A stretch of 64,000 bases of DNA. It comes from Macrostomum lignano. Its lineage: Eukaryota. The position numbers and the translations under genes were made by a program. Of this stretch, positions 36,433-50,927 are shown piece after piece. How positions within the stretch are numbered: position 1 is the stretch's first letter; each line of letters opens with the position of its first letter. The notes below the pieces were generated by a model. That model had not been told where the DNA came from. It did not search any database and saw only the letters and a program-made list of their open reading frames with translations. The stretch spans positions 124,001 to 188,000 of the forward strand of contig NIVC01001361.1 in assembly GCA_002269645.1 (NCBI GenBank). Reading direction: 5' to 3'.

Positions 36433-36775
36433 TCTGTCCTCCGCTCCCTGTCCTTCAGTGCGTCACCCTCTGTCCTCAGCTCCCTGTCCTTCAGTGCATC
36501 ACCCTCTGTCCTCAGCTCCCTGTCCTTCAGTGCGTCACCCTCTGTCCTCAGCTCCCTGTCCTTCAGTGCGTCACCCTCTGTCCTCAGCTCCCTGTCCTTC
36601 AGTGCATCACCCTCTGTCCTCAGCTCCCTGTCCTTCAGTGCATCACCCTCTGTCCTCAGCTCCCTGTCCTTCAGTGCGTCACCCTCTGTCCTCAGCTCCC
36701 TGTCCTTCAGTGCATCACCCTCTGTCCTCAGCTCCCTGTCCTTCAGTGCATCACCCTCTGTCCTCAGCTCCCTGT
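36433..36775. repeat. Pyrimidine-rich minisatellite, 36-bp unit, NF1 intron 13
   Basis: ctctgtcctcagctccctgtccttcagtgcatcacc. Confidence 0.94.
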
Positions 36776-36839
36776 CTATTACTCAAAACACTATTCGAAT
36801 AATAAAAAAGCAGTTAATTTAATCCCCGGCCAACTGCAG

Positions 36840-37081
36840 GTAACCGAATACCTGCTAGACTGGCTAATGGTTAGCACTCATCCGCTCAATATACAAGCGG
36901 CCGGCGGTCCCGCTGCCGTCTCTGGCGTCTCCGTCTCCGTGGCAACGCCAGATCAGGCGTCGCGGGATCTGGACTATTGGTGCATGGAGGCGGTGGCGGC
37001 CCTGCTGGCCGGCCTGCCGCTGCAGCCGGAGGAGAGCGACAGGGGCGACCTGCTCGAGGCCAAGAGTCAGCTGTTCTCCAA
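36840..37081 (+). CDS. NF1: NF1 exon 14
   Basis: VTEYLLDWLM...LLAGLPLQPEESDRGDLLEAKSQLFS. Confidence 0.93.
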
Positions 37082-37087
37082 GTGAGA

Positions 37088-37365
37088 ATTGGGCTTGTGT
37101 CTTTGTGAGGCTTGTCTAGATTGGGTTTGTGTCTTTGCGAGGCTTGTCTAGATTGGGTTTGTGTCTTTGTGAGGCTTGTCTAGATTGGGTTTGTGTCTTT
37201 GTGAGGCTTGTCTAGATTGGGCTTGTGTCTTTGTGAGGCTTGTCTAGATTGGGCTTGTGTCTTTGTGAGGCTTGTCTAGATTGGGCTTGTGTCTTTGTGA
37301 GGCTTGTCTAGATTGGGCTTGTGTCTTTGTGAGGCTTGTCTAGATTGGGCTTGTGTCTTTGTGAG
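37088..37365. repeat. Minisatellite, 32-bp unit, starts about 7 nt after the donor, NF1 intron 14
   Basis: gattgggcttgtgtctttgtgaggcttgtcta. Confidence 0.93.
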
Positions 37366-37967
37366 TGTATCAGTATTGATAGATATGTGTTAGTATGTCC
37401 GGTTTGTGTTGATTCAGTTAGGAACTTTTTTGTGTCACCGGCAACCTGTACTAGCTACTAGAAATGGATAAGAGAGTAAGAAAGGGCAATGCTTGTCAAA
37501 GAAGATAATTGGCTTTTAATATAAAGGAAGACAAGGCAAGAAGAAGCGGACGATGCGAACTGGGCACAGTCGAAGTGTAGGCTTCCTTCTACAAGGAAAT
37601 TAGAGGCTAATTTCTCTGGGCTGTAATTTCCTCTCTTGCATCCCCATGATTATCAGCTAATTAATGAATATTACTTTCTGATAAATTGAAGCAAGCGAGT
37701 CTTCCTGGTGATTTCACTAATTACTAGCTTTTGTCATCATCGTGTTTATTATCCAATCGCTAAAAGCGTCGCAGAATGTTTCTGTATAAACACTATGCAT
37801 TGACTGTCGGATGAAAATTACTGTACATTAATTTATTGGCTATTCACTACGCTTACTGCTGCCGCACTGCTGTATTAGTTTTATGCTATTAGTTTGCAAT
37901 TTCATTATAAAACCAGTGACATACATAAAAAGGGGGTTCAGTTTCTGCCCATGGAAAAAATAGGTAG

Positions 37968-38860
37968 AGGGATTAGCGGGGTGCCTGATTGAAGGATCGG
38001 TAGAGGGATTAGCGGGGTGCCTGATTGAAGGATCGGTAGAGGGATTAGCGGGGTGCCTGATTGAAAGATCGGTAGAGGGATTAGCGGGGTGCTTGATTGA
38101 AGGATCGGTAGAGGGATTAGCGGGGTGCTTGATTGAAGGATCGGTAGAGGGATTAGCGGGGTGCCTGATTGAAAGATCGGTAGAGGGATTAGCGGGGTGC
38201 CTGATTGAAGGATCGGTAGAGGGATTAGCGGGGTGCCTGATTGAAAGATCGGTAGAGGGATTAGCGGGGTGCCTGATTGAAAGATCGGTAGAGGGATTAG
38301 CGGGGTGCCTGATTGAAGGATCGGTAGAGGGATTAGCGGGGTGCCTGATTGAAGGATCGGTAGAGGGATTAGCGGGGTGCTTGATTGAAGGATCGGTAGA
38401 GGGATTAGCGGGGTGCTTGATTGAAGGATCGGTAGAGGGATTAGCGGGGTGCCTGATTGAAGGATCGGTAGAGGGATTAGCGGGGTGCCTGATTGAAGGA
38501 TCGGTAGAGGGATTAGCGGGGTGCCTGATTGAAGGATCGGTAGAGGGATTAGCGGGGTGCCTGATTGAAAGATCGGTAGAGGGATTAGCGGGGTGCTTGA
38601 TTGAAGGATCGGTAGAGGGATTAGCGGGGTGCCTGATTGAAAGATCGGTAGAGGGATTAGCGGGGTGCTTGATTGAAGGATCGGTAGAGGGATTAGCGGG
38701 GTGCCTGATTGAAGGATCGGTAGAGGGATTAGCGGGGTGCCTGATTGAAAGATCGGTAGAGGGATTAGCGGGGTGCCTGATTGAAAGATCGGTAGAGGGA
38801 TTAGCGGGGTGCTTGATTAAAGGATCGGTAGAGGGATTAGCGGGGTGCTTGATTGAAGGA
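37968..38860. repeat. Minisatellite, 36-bp unit, NF1 intron 14
   Basis: ggtagagggattagcggggtgcctgattgaaggatc, about 25 copies. Confidence 0.96.
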
Positions 38861-38957
38861 TTAAGTGATAAAGTGATTAGCGGTAGGCATGGCATGACCG
38901 ACAAAGTGAGGCGAGGAGGACCCTCAGTACATCCGTTCTTGTTCCTCGCACCGCCAG

Positions 38958-39355
38958 GTACTTTACAATGTTCATGAACCTGCTGAACGACTGCGCTGAA
39001 GAGACCGCCGCATCGGATGCCGCCGCAGTAGCGGCCGTAGCCGCCGCCGCTGCTGGCGCCGGAGTGACTGGCGGCACCGCGACTGGCCAACTTGGCGCCG
39101 CCGCCAGCGATAGCGTGTCGCCTAGTTGCTCGCCGCAGGTCGGCGCCCTCGGCGTTGTCGGGCCAGGCGGCGGAATCGGCGGCGTAGCCGGAGGCGTCGG
39201 CGTAGTCGGCTCGGGCGGCGGAGTGGGCGGCGGAGTTGTGCAGGGCATTCGCAAGCGAAATGTCAACAATACAATTGCTCTGCGCAATGTGACGGTGACC
39301 GCCATGTCCAACCTGTTGAATGCCAACATTGAGAGCGGACTGGTGCATGCGATCG
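38958..39355 (+). CDS. NF1: NF1 exon 15
   Basis: YFTMFMNLLNDC...AMSNLLNANIESGLVHAI. Confidence 0.93.
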
Positions 39356-39402
39356 GTATGATAGAGTGCTTTGTTGGTGCTTCGCTTGCCATATTCAAAA
39401 CA

Positions 39403-39702
39403 AAGAGCGGATTTGGTAGCTGAAGAGCGGATTTGGTAGCTAAAGAGCGGATTTGGTAGCTGAAGAGCGGATTTGGTAGCTGAAGAGCGGATTTGGTAGC
39501 TGAAGAGCGGATTTGGTAGCTGAAGAGCGGATTTGGTAGCTGAAGAGCGGATTTGGTAGCTAAAGAGCGGATTTGGTAGCTGAAGAGCGGATTTGGTAGC
39601 TAAAGAGCGGATTTGGTAGCTAAAGAGCGGATTTGGTAGCTAAAGAGCGGATTTGGTAGCTAAAGAGCGGATTTGGTAGCTAAAGAGCGGATTTGGTAGC
39701 TA
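39403..39702. repeat. Minisatellite, 20-bp unit (aagagcggatttggtagctg), NF1 intron 15
   Basis: About 15 copies. Confidence 0.95.
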
Positions 39703-39749
39703 AATTGACCTTTATTGAAATTTATCTCTCCGTCCCCCGCTTCCCTAAG

Positions 39750-40314
39750 GCCTCGGCTACCACCGAGATCCGCAGACTCGCGCCGCCTTTATGGAAGTGC
39801 TCACCAGAATCCTGCTGCAGGGTACCGAGTTTGAGACTCTGGCCGAATCGGCTCTGCACGAGCGCTACAGAAAGCTGGTGGACCTCGTCACGCTGCTGGG
39901 CGATCGTAACGAGCTGCCCATAGCCATGGCGTTGGCGCACGTCGTGGCCCCCGACCAGCTGGACGACCTCAGCCGAGTCCTCGTGGCCGTATTCGACTCC
40001 AAGCATCACCTGGGCGAGCTGCTAATTAATATGTTTAATCGGGAGGCCGAGCTGGCCGACTCGTTGCAGACTCTGTTTCGCGGGAATTCTCTCAGCTCGA
40101 AAATCATGTCGCTATGCTTTCGAATCTACGGTCAGGACTACTTGAGTTCGGTGCTGCTGCCGGAACTCACTAGGATTATTAATCTGCCTAGGCAGGTGTC
40201 TTACGAAGTCGACCCGTCACGTATTGATCCGCGCGAAAATCTGGAGGAGAATCAGCGCAATCTGACCGACATCACTGAGCGAGTTTATGGCTGCATTCTC
40301 AACTCGTTCGACGA
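39750..40314 (+). CDS. NF1: NF1 exon 16 (GAP domain, arginine finger)
   Basis: LGYHRDPQTRAAFMEVL...QTLFRGNSLSSKIM...LEENQRNL; AAG acceptor. Confidence 0.95.
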
Positions 40315-40419
40315 GTAAGCGGAGTGCCTGTGCTTGCGTTCTTTTCAGCAGCTGGCGTGTTGGCAGTGGAGGCTGGATCGATTTTGGTAGATAAGTAGAT
40401 TGGCTGGTAAATTGGTAAA

Positions 40420-41005
40420 TAACCAGATTGATTGGTAGAGGGGGAGCAGATTGACTGGTAGAGGGGGAGCAGATTGACTGGTAGAAGTCAGCAGATTGAT
40501 TGGTAGAGGGGGAGCAGATTGATTGGTAGAAGGGGAGCAGTTTGATTGATAGAGGGGGAGCAGTTTGATTGGTAGAAGGGGAGCAGATTGATTGGTAGAG
40601 GGGGAGCAGATTGATTGGTAGAGGGGGGGGGCAGATTGACTGGTAGAAGTCAGCAGATTAATTGGTAGAAGTCAGCAGTTTGCAGTTTGATTGGTAGAAG
40701 GGGAGCAGATTGATTGGTAGAGGGGGAGCAGATTGATTGGTAGAGGGGGAGCAGATTGATTGGTAGAGGGGGGGGCAGATTGACTGGTAGAAGTCAGCAG
40801 ATTAATTGGTAGAAGTCAGCAGTTTGCAGTTTGATTGGTAGAAGGGGAGCAGATTGACTGGTAGAAGGGGAGCAGATTGACTGGTAGAAGGGGAGCAGAT
40901 TGATTGGTAGAAGTCAGCAGATTAATTGGTAGAAGTCAGCAGTTTGCAGTTTGATTGGTAGAGGGGGAGCAGATTGACTGGTAGAAGTCAGCAGTTTGAT
41001 TGGTA
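40420..41005. repeat. Degenerate minisatellite (gattgattggtagagggggagca), NF1 intron 16
   Basis: Visible. Confidence 0.9.
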
Positions 41006-41011
41006 TGTGGG

Positions 41012-41381
41012 TTTTTTATTAGAGTCAGATGGGTTGTGTGCACCCTGGCGCACTTTGAGCGACATTGTCACAACCCACGAGAGGCATTACTGCCCATTCC
41101 GCCGACTCCCCTGAGCAGGCACACAAGCGCGCGGATACGTACGCAGTCATACGCACAGGCACACACTCACACAGGAGTGTACAGCGGCCCTAACTTTATG
41201 TATCGTTGGGCATGCACACTTCACTGCGCCTTGGGGGTTGGGCCTCAAGGGCTTTAATTGCACGAGCAGAGCCAAGCCGAGATTCCAATTCAGCCCCAAA
41301 TCAATGCGACTGCACTTGGAATCGAGCCTGGGCCGCTGGCACATCAGAGCGCCGCGCTAAACCATTAGGCTACGGCCCCCC
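41012..41381 (-). mobile_element. Full-length tRNA-derived SINE (~370 bp)
   Basis: Minus strand begins GGGGCCGTAGCCTAATGG (A box) ... GGCTCGATTCC (B box), ends TAATAAAAAA; body matches 54925-55163. Confidence 0.8.
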
Positions 41382-41546
41382 TTAGATTGGTTGTTAGATA
41401 GGTAGTTTGATTGTTAGATAAGTAGATTGACTGTTCGATGGGTAGATTGATAGGCAGATAAGTAGACTAATAGGCAGATGGGTAGCGGTGGTCCAGCAAT
41501 TCAGTCTCTTGTATAGCCTCATAAGCTTCCACAATTCGCCTCTCAG

Positions 41547-42200
41547 CTTCCCGAAGCAGCTGAAGTTGATGTCGCACTGCCTGCTGCAAGTGATCAGCCA
41601 ACGCTTCGGGCCCAGCAGCACAGACGAGCAGATTATCTCAGTAATTGGCACCATAGTGTTCCTGCGCTTCATCAACCCGGCCATCGTGTCGCCCTACGAG
41701 CACGGCCTGTGCTCAACCGAGCCGGCGCCGAAGGTGAAACGCGGCCTGACCTTCCTGAGCAAACTGTTGCAGAGCATTGCCGGCCAGATCACATTCAGCA
41801 AGGAGCTGCACATGCTCGTGTTCAACGAGTACGTTCAGCGGCACTTTCAATCTTGTCGAGACTTCTTCCGTCGGGTGTCGGAGAATCCGCCGACAGCCGA
41901 TGCCGAGGAGGTCGCGGCGGCGGCGCCGACGGCAACAACAGACGCCGCATCCAACGTCGCCGTTTCCGCCGCATCAGCCGCAGCCGCTGCCTCATCAGAC
42001 GTTGAGTATAACTATAATGCACCGCTGAGCGACTCTCACCTGTTCCTGCTGCACCGGCTGCTGTGGATGAATCAGGAACGAATTGGCGACTTTCTGAGCA
42101 GCTCCCGCGATCATCGGCAGGTTGGCCGACGCCCGTTCGACAAGCTGGTTACCGTGCTGGCCCACCTGGGACCGCCGGAGCACCGGTCTATTGAGACTTC
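41547..42200 (+). CDS. NF1: NF1 exon 17 (GAP domain)
   Basis: FPKQLK...[14 protein letters not shown]...[19 protein letters not shown]. Confidence 0.95.
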
Positions 42201-42211
42201 GTGAGTGCCTT

Positions 42212-43146
<935 letters not shown>

Positions 43147-43204
43147 TGAGCATTCCAGCTTTCTTTGGCCATCTGCTGTTCTATGCATCTAGTGCTTTTC
43201 TTTT

Positions 43205-43890
43205 TATCAATGCTCTCATGGATCCCATCATGCTCTATCAACGCTCTCATAGATCCCATCATGCTCTATCAACGCTCTCATGGATCCCATCATGCTCTAT
43301 CAACGCTCTCATAGATCCTATCATGCTCTATCAACGCTCTCATGGATCCCATCATGCTCTATCAAGGCTCTCATGGATCCCATCATGCTCTATCAATGCT
43401 CTCATAGATTCCATCGTGCTCTATCAATGCCCTCATAAATCTCATCATGCTCTATCAACGCTCTCATAGATCCCATCGTGCTCTATCAATGCCCTCATAA
43501 ATCCCATCATGCTCTATCAATGCTCTCAAAGATCTCATCATGCTCTATCAACGCTCTCATAGATCCCATCATGCTCTATCAATGCTCTCAAAGATCTCAT
43601 CATGCTCTATCAACGCTCTCATAAATCCCATCATGCTCTATCAATGCTCTCAAAGATCTCATCATGCTCTATCAACGCTCTCATAAATCCCATCATGCTC
43701 TATCAATGCTCTCATAGATCTCATCATGCTCTATCAATGCTCTCATAGATCCCATCATGCTCTATCAACGCTCTCATAGATCCCATCATGCTCTATCAAC
43801 GCTCTCATAGATCCCATCATGCTCTATCAATGCTCTCCTAGAACCTATCATGCTCTATCAACGCTCTCATAGATCCCATCATGCTCTCAT
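43205..43890. repeat. Minisatellite, 31-bp unit (atcccatcatgctctatcaacgctctcatag), NF1 intron 18
   Basis: Visible. Confidence 0.94.
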
Positions 43891-43902
43891 GGCTTTAAAT
43901 GA

Positions 43903-44610
<708 letters not shown>

Positions 44611-45087
44611 TGTGGAACGATGTCGCTGTCGATGTACTTTTAGCGCCTAATCTATCTATTATCTGGGATGTTTTGTTTAGAAGGCAGCGGAAAAAATATG
44701 AATAGTTCTAATTAAAAAATATCAACGAAGGCCCGGCCCCGCATTCTGTTGAGTTTTGTGCTCAGATTTTTCCAGAGCCGATAAATACGGGCTGTTGAAA
44801 TTCAGAGACAGAGGAATCAGTGCAGTTGTCTCCTCTCCATGCCGTCTGCCTTCACTTCTGTCCCCAGCTTCTCAGATTGCAGCTAGCTGAGCGCATCGCT
44901 ACACTTGATGATGAGATGAGAGGTTGAGGGAGGCAGTTGAGGATTTGTTTAAATATGCTGGAGCCCGCCTGCTGAAGAAGGCAAGGTGAATTAGGATGGG
45001 AAGCTTAAGCTTGTGGGGAGTTTTCTATTCATTTGGAAAATACTCGCATCAGGCTACTTTCAATGGCATTTATAACAAATTTTGTAA

Positions 45088-45315
<228 letters not shown>

Positions 45316-45382
45316 TAGCGTTTTGCTGGATTTCTTAGGTTTTGAGTTTTTGTTGGGTTTTATAGGCTTTTGCAGGGCTTAC

Positions 45383-45832
45383 TCACAGATACTATAATAA
45401 CTAGCTGGGCCACTCTGGCATATACACTTAGTAAAACAGCTTTCTACTTTCAGTTCAGTAGCAAAGAAGAATACATAAGCTATTTTATAAAAAAGCCAGC
45501 TGAAACGACTCTGATAAGTTTAGAAGCAAGCTTGCGTAAACAGCTTGCTAATTGGTTCAGCAATAATGTACATTAGCCAGTCCACTGAAATGTACATGGC
45601 AGCTTTAGGCTGGAATTCCGAGAAAGGTAATAAAAATTGGGGTGGCGCCGGGGATAGTGTGGAAAGGCGCGGTTGGAGGGTTTAAGCTTGGGGGAGGGGG
45701 GGTAAGAGCCAAAAAATGAGCCTTGGCTTTAAAAATACATTAAAATGCTTCAGTTTAACTTACTACTGAACTGAAAGTAGCTTACACGCAAATGTGCTGA
45801 GTGGCCCATCTGGTTATTCTAGTATCGGTGTG
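45383..45832. mobile_element. MITE/foldback-like element with ~80-bp imperfect inverted arms, NF1 intron 20
   Basis: Perfect 18-bp IR ctactttcagttcagtag (45444-45461) / ctactgaactgaaagtag (45763-45780), plus outer arm similarity. Confidence 0.55.
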
Positions 45833-46003
45833 CTTACTAGGGATTTCATCCCAGGGAGAGATTTCTGAGCAGCTTTGGTGAGATTTCGGTTTATCTAATG
45901 ATGAGATCTCTGAGCTTATTGCACTTGCATTCACTCGGCATTATATTTACGAGTATGGGCAATTGGTTCCAAATCAAAATCGCCCCCGCCCCTTGATCTC
46001 CAG

Positions 46004-46228
46004 GCACTGCTGAACCTGGGCTCCAGCGACCCGAACCTGCGCTCAGCCGCCTACAATCTGCTCTGCGCTCTGACTCAAACCTTCGACCTCAAAATTGAAG
46101 GCCAACTATTGGAGACTACGGGCTTGTGCATTCCGGCCAATAACACTCTGTTTATTAAGGGCATTTCCAATACCCTGTCTCAGAATGAGTCCCATCTGAC
46201 GCTTGAGTTCCTGGAAGAGTGCATCCAG
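46004..46228 (+). CDS. NF1: NF1 exon 21
   Basis: ALLNLGSSDPNLRSAAYNLLCAL...EFLEECIQ. Confidence 0.95.
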
Positions 46229-46278
46229 GTGAGTGGCTTGTGCTTTTCTTTGCTTTTCTTTGCTTTTCTTTATTATGG

Positions 46279-46279
<1 letters not shown>

Positions 46280-46309
<30 letters not shown>

Positions 46310-46322
46310 CCTTCTGTCTGCC

Positions 46323-46359
<37 letters not shown>

Positions 46360-46422
46360 GCCTGCCTGCCTGCCTGCCTGCCTGTCTGCCTGTCTGTCTG
46401 CCTGCCTGCCTGCCTGCCTGCC

Positions 46423-46455
<33 letters not shown>

Positions 46456-46470
46456 GCCTGCCTGTCTGTC
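46280..46470. repeat. (TCTG/CCTG)n microsatellite, NF1 intron 21
   Basis: Visible. Confidence 0.95.
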
Positions 46471-46514
46471 TATCTTGAGGCGTCAACTATATGTACATTC
46501 CGCACTGTTTGCAG

Positions 46515-46885
46515 GGCTTCCAGCAGTCCTCCATCGAGATGAAGCACCTGTGCCTCGAGTACATGAGTCCCTGGCTAAAGAATCTGGTCCGCTTCTGTCG
46601 GCACCCGGACGACAACAAGCGCCAGAAGGTGGTGTGCATTCTGGACAAGCTCATCAGCGTCACGCTGTCGCAGGTGGAGATGTACCCCAACTTTCAGGCG
46701 AAAATCTGGTCGAACTTTGGCGAACTGCACGACTTATTGGACATTGTGCTGAATTGCTTTATTAAACGAAGCGTAGCCGGGGGTTTGGCAGCCTGCCAGC
46801 GGAGGTCATGGCCGACACGGCCGTCGCTCTGGCGGCGTCGAATGTTCAGCTAGTGTCAAAAAAGGTCATCACAAGACTGTGCCGC
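46515..46885 (+). CDS. NF1: NF1 exon 22 (apparent 1-bp deletion at 46787-46788)
   Basis: GFQQSSIEMKHLCLEYMSPWL..., then frame change to AEVMADTAVALAASNVQLVSKKVITRLCR. Confidence 0.9.
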
Positions 46886-46983
46886 GTAAGCAAGAATTAT
46901 TATCATCATCACTGTTTCTATTTTTATACTAGTTAGTAGTGTAGTATGCATTTCTGTTTGCAAAAATGCAATTGAAATTACAG

Positions 46984-47101
46984 ATAATCGCTGAGACTTG
47001 CACTTCGCCCACGTCAACTTTGGAGGCGCACAACATGTGGAATGACATCGCTATTCTACTGCGCTTCCTGCTAATGCTGTCATTTAATAATTCGTTAAAT
47101 G
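46984..47101 (+). CDS. NF1: NF1 exon 23
   Basis: IIAETCTSPTSTLE..MWNDIAILLRFLLMLSFNNSL. Confidence 0.93.
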
Positions 47102-47359
47102 GTAATATTCATCATTGTTTATATTTTTTTTCAATACATATCGGACATCATGTTTAGACTTTCTGTATTTACAAACTAACTTTAACTTCTTGTTAATTTT
47201 GTGTTTTTTCGATACATGCCTTATAGTTTAACAGTATAATGTCTTTTAATTAATTGTTTAATTAATTAATTTAAATTATGCAATAACTGTTAAGACAGGA
47301 TTTGAACTCCGGACTGCTCGTCGTCATAAGTCCCGCTTTTTTTTCTGCTTAACTTTCAG

Positions 47360-47497
47360 TTGCCGCCCATTTGCCGCTGCTGTTCCACATTGTCACACTG
47401 CTGGTGTGCACCGGCCCAGTGTCGCTGCGAGCCTCAATTCACGGCCTCGTTATCAACATTATTCATTCGCTGTGCACCTGCCAGCTCGAGCTTAGCG
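47360..47497 (+). CDS. NF1: NF1 exon 24
   Basis: AAHLPLLFHIVTLL...HGLVINIIHSLCTC. Confidence 0.93.
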
Positions 47498-47534
47498 GTA
47501 CGCTACACTCACCCTAACCCTTGGTTCACTAACC

Positions 47535-49120
47535 CCCCATCCAGTGATCCGCCCCCCCCATCTAGTGATCCGCCCCCCATCTAGTGATCCGCCCCCCCAT
47601 CTAGTGATCCGCCCTCCCATCTAGTGATCCGCCCCCCCATCTAGTGATCCGCCCCCCATCTAGTGATCCGCCCCCCATCTAGTGATCCGCCCCCCCATCT
47701 AGTGATCCGCCCCCCATCTAGTCGATCCTGATCCGCCCCATCTAGTTGATCCTGATCCGCCCCCCATCTAGTCGATCCTGATCCCCCCATCCAGTGATCC
47801 GCCCCCCCCATCTAGTGATCCGCCCCCCATCTAGTGATCCGCCCCCCCATCTAGTGATCCGCCCCCCCCATCTAGTGATCCGCCCCCCCATCTAGTGATC
47901 CGCCCCCCCATCTAGTGATCCGCCCCCCCATCTAGTGATCCGCCCCCCATCTAGTCGATCCTAATCCGCCCCCTCTCTAGTCGATCTTGATCCGCCCCCA
48001 TCTAGTTGATCCTGATCCCCCCATCCAGTCGATCTTGATCCGCCCCCCATCTAGTCGATCCTGATCCGCCCCATCTAGTTGATCCTGATCCGCCCCCATC
48101 TAGTCGATCCTGATCCCCCCATCCAGTCGATCTTGATCCGCCCCACCCCATCTAGTTGATCCTGATCCGCCCCCATCTAGTTGATCCTGATCCACCCCCC
48201 ATCTAGTCGATCCTGATCCCCCCATCCAGTCGATCTTGATCCGCCCCACCCCATCTAGTTGATCCTGATCCGCCCCCATCTAGTTGATCCTGATCCGCCC
48301 CCCATCTAGTCGATCCTGATCCCCCCATCCAGTCGATCTTGATCCGCCCCCCATCTAGTTGATCCTGATCCGCCCCCATCTAGTTGATCCTGATCCGCCC
48401 CCCATCTAGTCGATCCTGATCCCCCCATCCAGTCGATCTTGATCCGCCCCCCATCTAGTTGATCCTGATCCGCCCCCATCTAGTTGATCCTGATCCGCCC
48501 CCCATCTAGTCGATCCTGATCCCCCCATCTAGTTGATCCTGATCCGCCCCCATCTAGTCGATCCTGATCCCCCCATCTAGTTGATCCTGATCCGCCCCCA
48601 TCTAGTCGATCCTGATCCCCCCCTCTAGTTGATCCTGATCCGCCCCCATCTAGTCGATCCTGATCCCCCCATCTAGTTGATCCTGATCCGCCCCCATCTA
48701 GTCGATCCTGATCCGCCCCCTCTCTAGTCGATCCTGATCCCCCCATCTAGTTGATCCTGATCCGCCCCCATCTAGTCGATCCTGATCCCCCCATCTAGTT
48801 GATCCTGATCCGCCCCCCATCTAGTCGATCCTGATCCGCCCCCCTCTCTAGTCGATCCTGATCCCCCCATCTAGTTGATCCTGATCCGCCCCCCATCTAG
48901 TCAATCCTGATCCCCCCATCTAGTCAATCCTGATCCGCCCCCATCTAGTCAATCCTGATCACCCCATCTAGTCAATCCTGATCCGCTCCCATCTAGTCAA
49001 TCCTGATCCCCCCATCTAGTCAATCCTGATCCGCCCCCCCCATCTAGTCGATCCTGATCCCCCCATCTAGTCGACCCTGATCCCCCATCTAGCCGACCCT
49101 GATCCCCCATCTAGCCGGCC
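47535..49120. repeat. C-rich compound minisatellite (gatccgccccccatctagt / +cgatcct), NF1 intron 24
   Basis: About 1.6 kb. Confidence 0.95.
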
Positions 49121-49293
49121 CTGATTCGCTAAAGAATCAAACGCCCGATCTTTCAAAGCAGCTTGGAAACCCTTTTAGAACCATTAGGTTGAATAATCCG
49201 TTACAATCTCGTTAAGAATATACAAACACAATAAAAAGCCGTTTACCTAACTACTCTTTAACAACATTTCGCCTCCGCTATGTCCCAACACAG

Positions 49294-49593
49294 AGAGCAC
49301 CTTGCACCACCTAAAGCATTACCTGACCGAGTTCACCCTGACCGAGTACTACCAGGTATTCGGCATCTCTTCTATTAAAAGCGCCGCAGTGAGCGCTTTC
49401 CGTACCAAGTCAGGCGAGCGGACCGTCTCCAGCGCCGGCGAGACCGCATCTGCAGCTGCAGCTGCCGCCGCTGCCGCTGCCGCTGCTGCTGCCGCCGCCT
49501 CCGGCAACACTTCTTCTTCGGTGCATAGTGCCGAACGGCTGCCATTGAGCAGTCTGGAACTGCTCACTGACACCCTGCTGGAAGTTCTGTCGG
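49294..49593 (+). CDS. NF1: NF1 exon 25
   Basis: LTEFTL...FGISSIKSAAVSAFR...LTDTLLEVLS. Confidence 0.9.
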
Positions 49594-49699
49594 GTGAGAA
49601 TGATTTGATATTTGTCTTTAATAATTGCAATGGTAAAGACCAGAAATCCCACACTTGTCAGTGTTATCATTTTCACCCAAAGTTCACACTCATTGTCCC

Positions 49700-50893
49700 A
49701 ATCCCACACTGCTCATTGTCCCAAATCCCACACTGCTCATTGTCACAAATCCCCACACTGCTCAGTGTCCCAAATCCCCACACTGATCAGTGTCCCAAAT
49801 CCCCACACTGCTCATTGTCCCAAATCCCACACTGCTCATTTTCCCAAATCCCACACTGCTCACTGTCCCGAATCCCACACTGCTCACTGTCCCGAATCCC
49901 ACACTGCTCAGTGTCCCAATCCCACACTAATCACTGTCCCAAATCCCACACTGCTCACTGTCGCAAATCCCACACTGCTCAGTGTCCCAAATCCCACACT
50001 AATCACTGTCTCGAATCCCACACTGCTCATTGTCCCAAATCCCACACTGCTCATTTTCCCAAATCCCACACTGCTCACTGCCCCGAATCCTACACTGCTT
50101 ACTGTCCCAAATCCCACACTGCTCAGTGTCCCAAATCCCACACTGCTCACTGTCTCGAATCCCACACTGCTCATTGTCCCAAATCCCACACTGCTCAGTG
50201 TCGCAAATCCCACACTGCTCAGTGTCGCAAATCCCACACTGCTCACTGTCCCGAATCCCACACTGCTTACTGTCCCAAATCCCACACTGCTTAGTGTGCC
50301 AAATCCCACACTGCTCATTGTCCCAAATCCCACACTGCTCATTTTCCCAAATCCCACACTGCTCAGTGTCGCAAATCCCACACTGCTCACTGTCCCGAAT
50401 CCCACACTGCTTACTGTCCCAAATCCCACACTGCTTAGTGTGCCAAATCCCACACTGCTCAGTGTCCCAAATCCCACACTAATCACTGTCCCAAATCCCA
50501 CACTGCTCAGTGTCCCAAATCCCACACTGCTCAGTGTCCCAAATCCCACACTGCTCACTGTCCCGAATCCCACACTGCTTACTGTCCCAAATCCCACACT
50601 GCTCAGTGTCCAAATCCCACACTGCTCAGTGTCCCAAATCCCACACTAATCACTGTTCCAAATCCCACACTGCTCAGTGTCGCAAATCCCACACTGCTCA
50701 GTGTCGCAAATCCCACACTGCTCAGTGTCCCAAATCCCACACTGCTCACTGTCCCGAATCCCACACTGCTCAGTGTCGCAAATCCCACACTGCTCAGTGT
50801 CGCAAATCCCACACTGCTCAGTGTCCCAAATCCCACACTGCTCACTGTCCCGAATCCCACACTGCTCAGTGTCGCAAATCCCACACTGCTCAG
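49700..50893. repeat. Minisatellite, 24-bp unit (aaatcccacactgctcagtgtccc), NF1 intron 25
   Basis: Visible. Confidence 0.96.
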
Positions 50894-50927
50894 CATACTG
50901 GCTAATCATCGCCCCGTCCTCTCGCAG

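Noticed and set aside
41300-41381. tRNA gene on the minus strand
   Set aside because: It has A and B boxes but no convincing cloverleaf or acceptor stem. It continues into a body shared with other dispersed copies and an A tail, so it is a SINE head.
46780-46800. Programmed ribosomal frameshift in NF1
   Set aside because: No X XXY YYZ slippery heptamer or evident stimulator; a missing G in a run is simpler.
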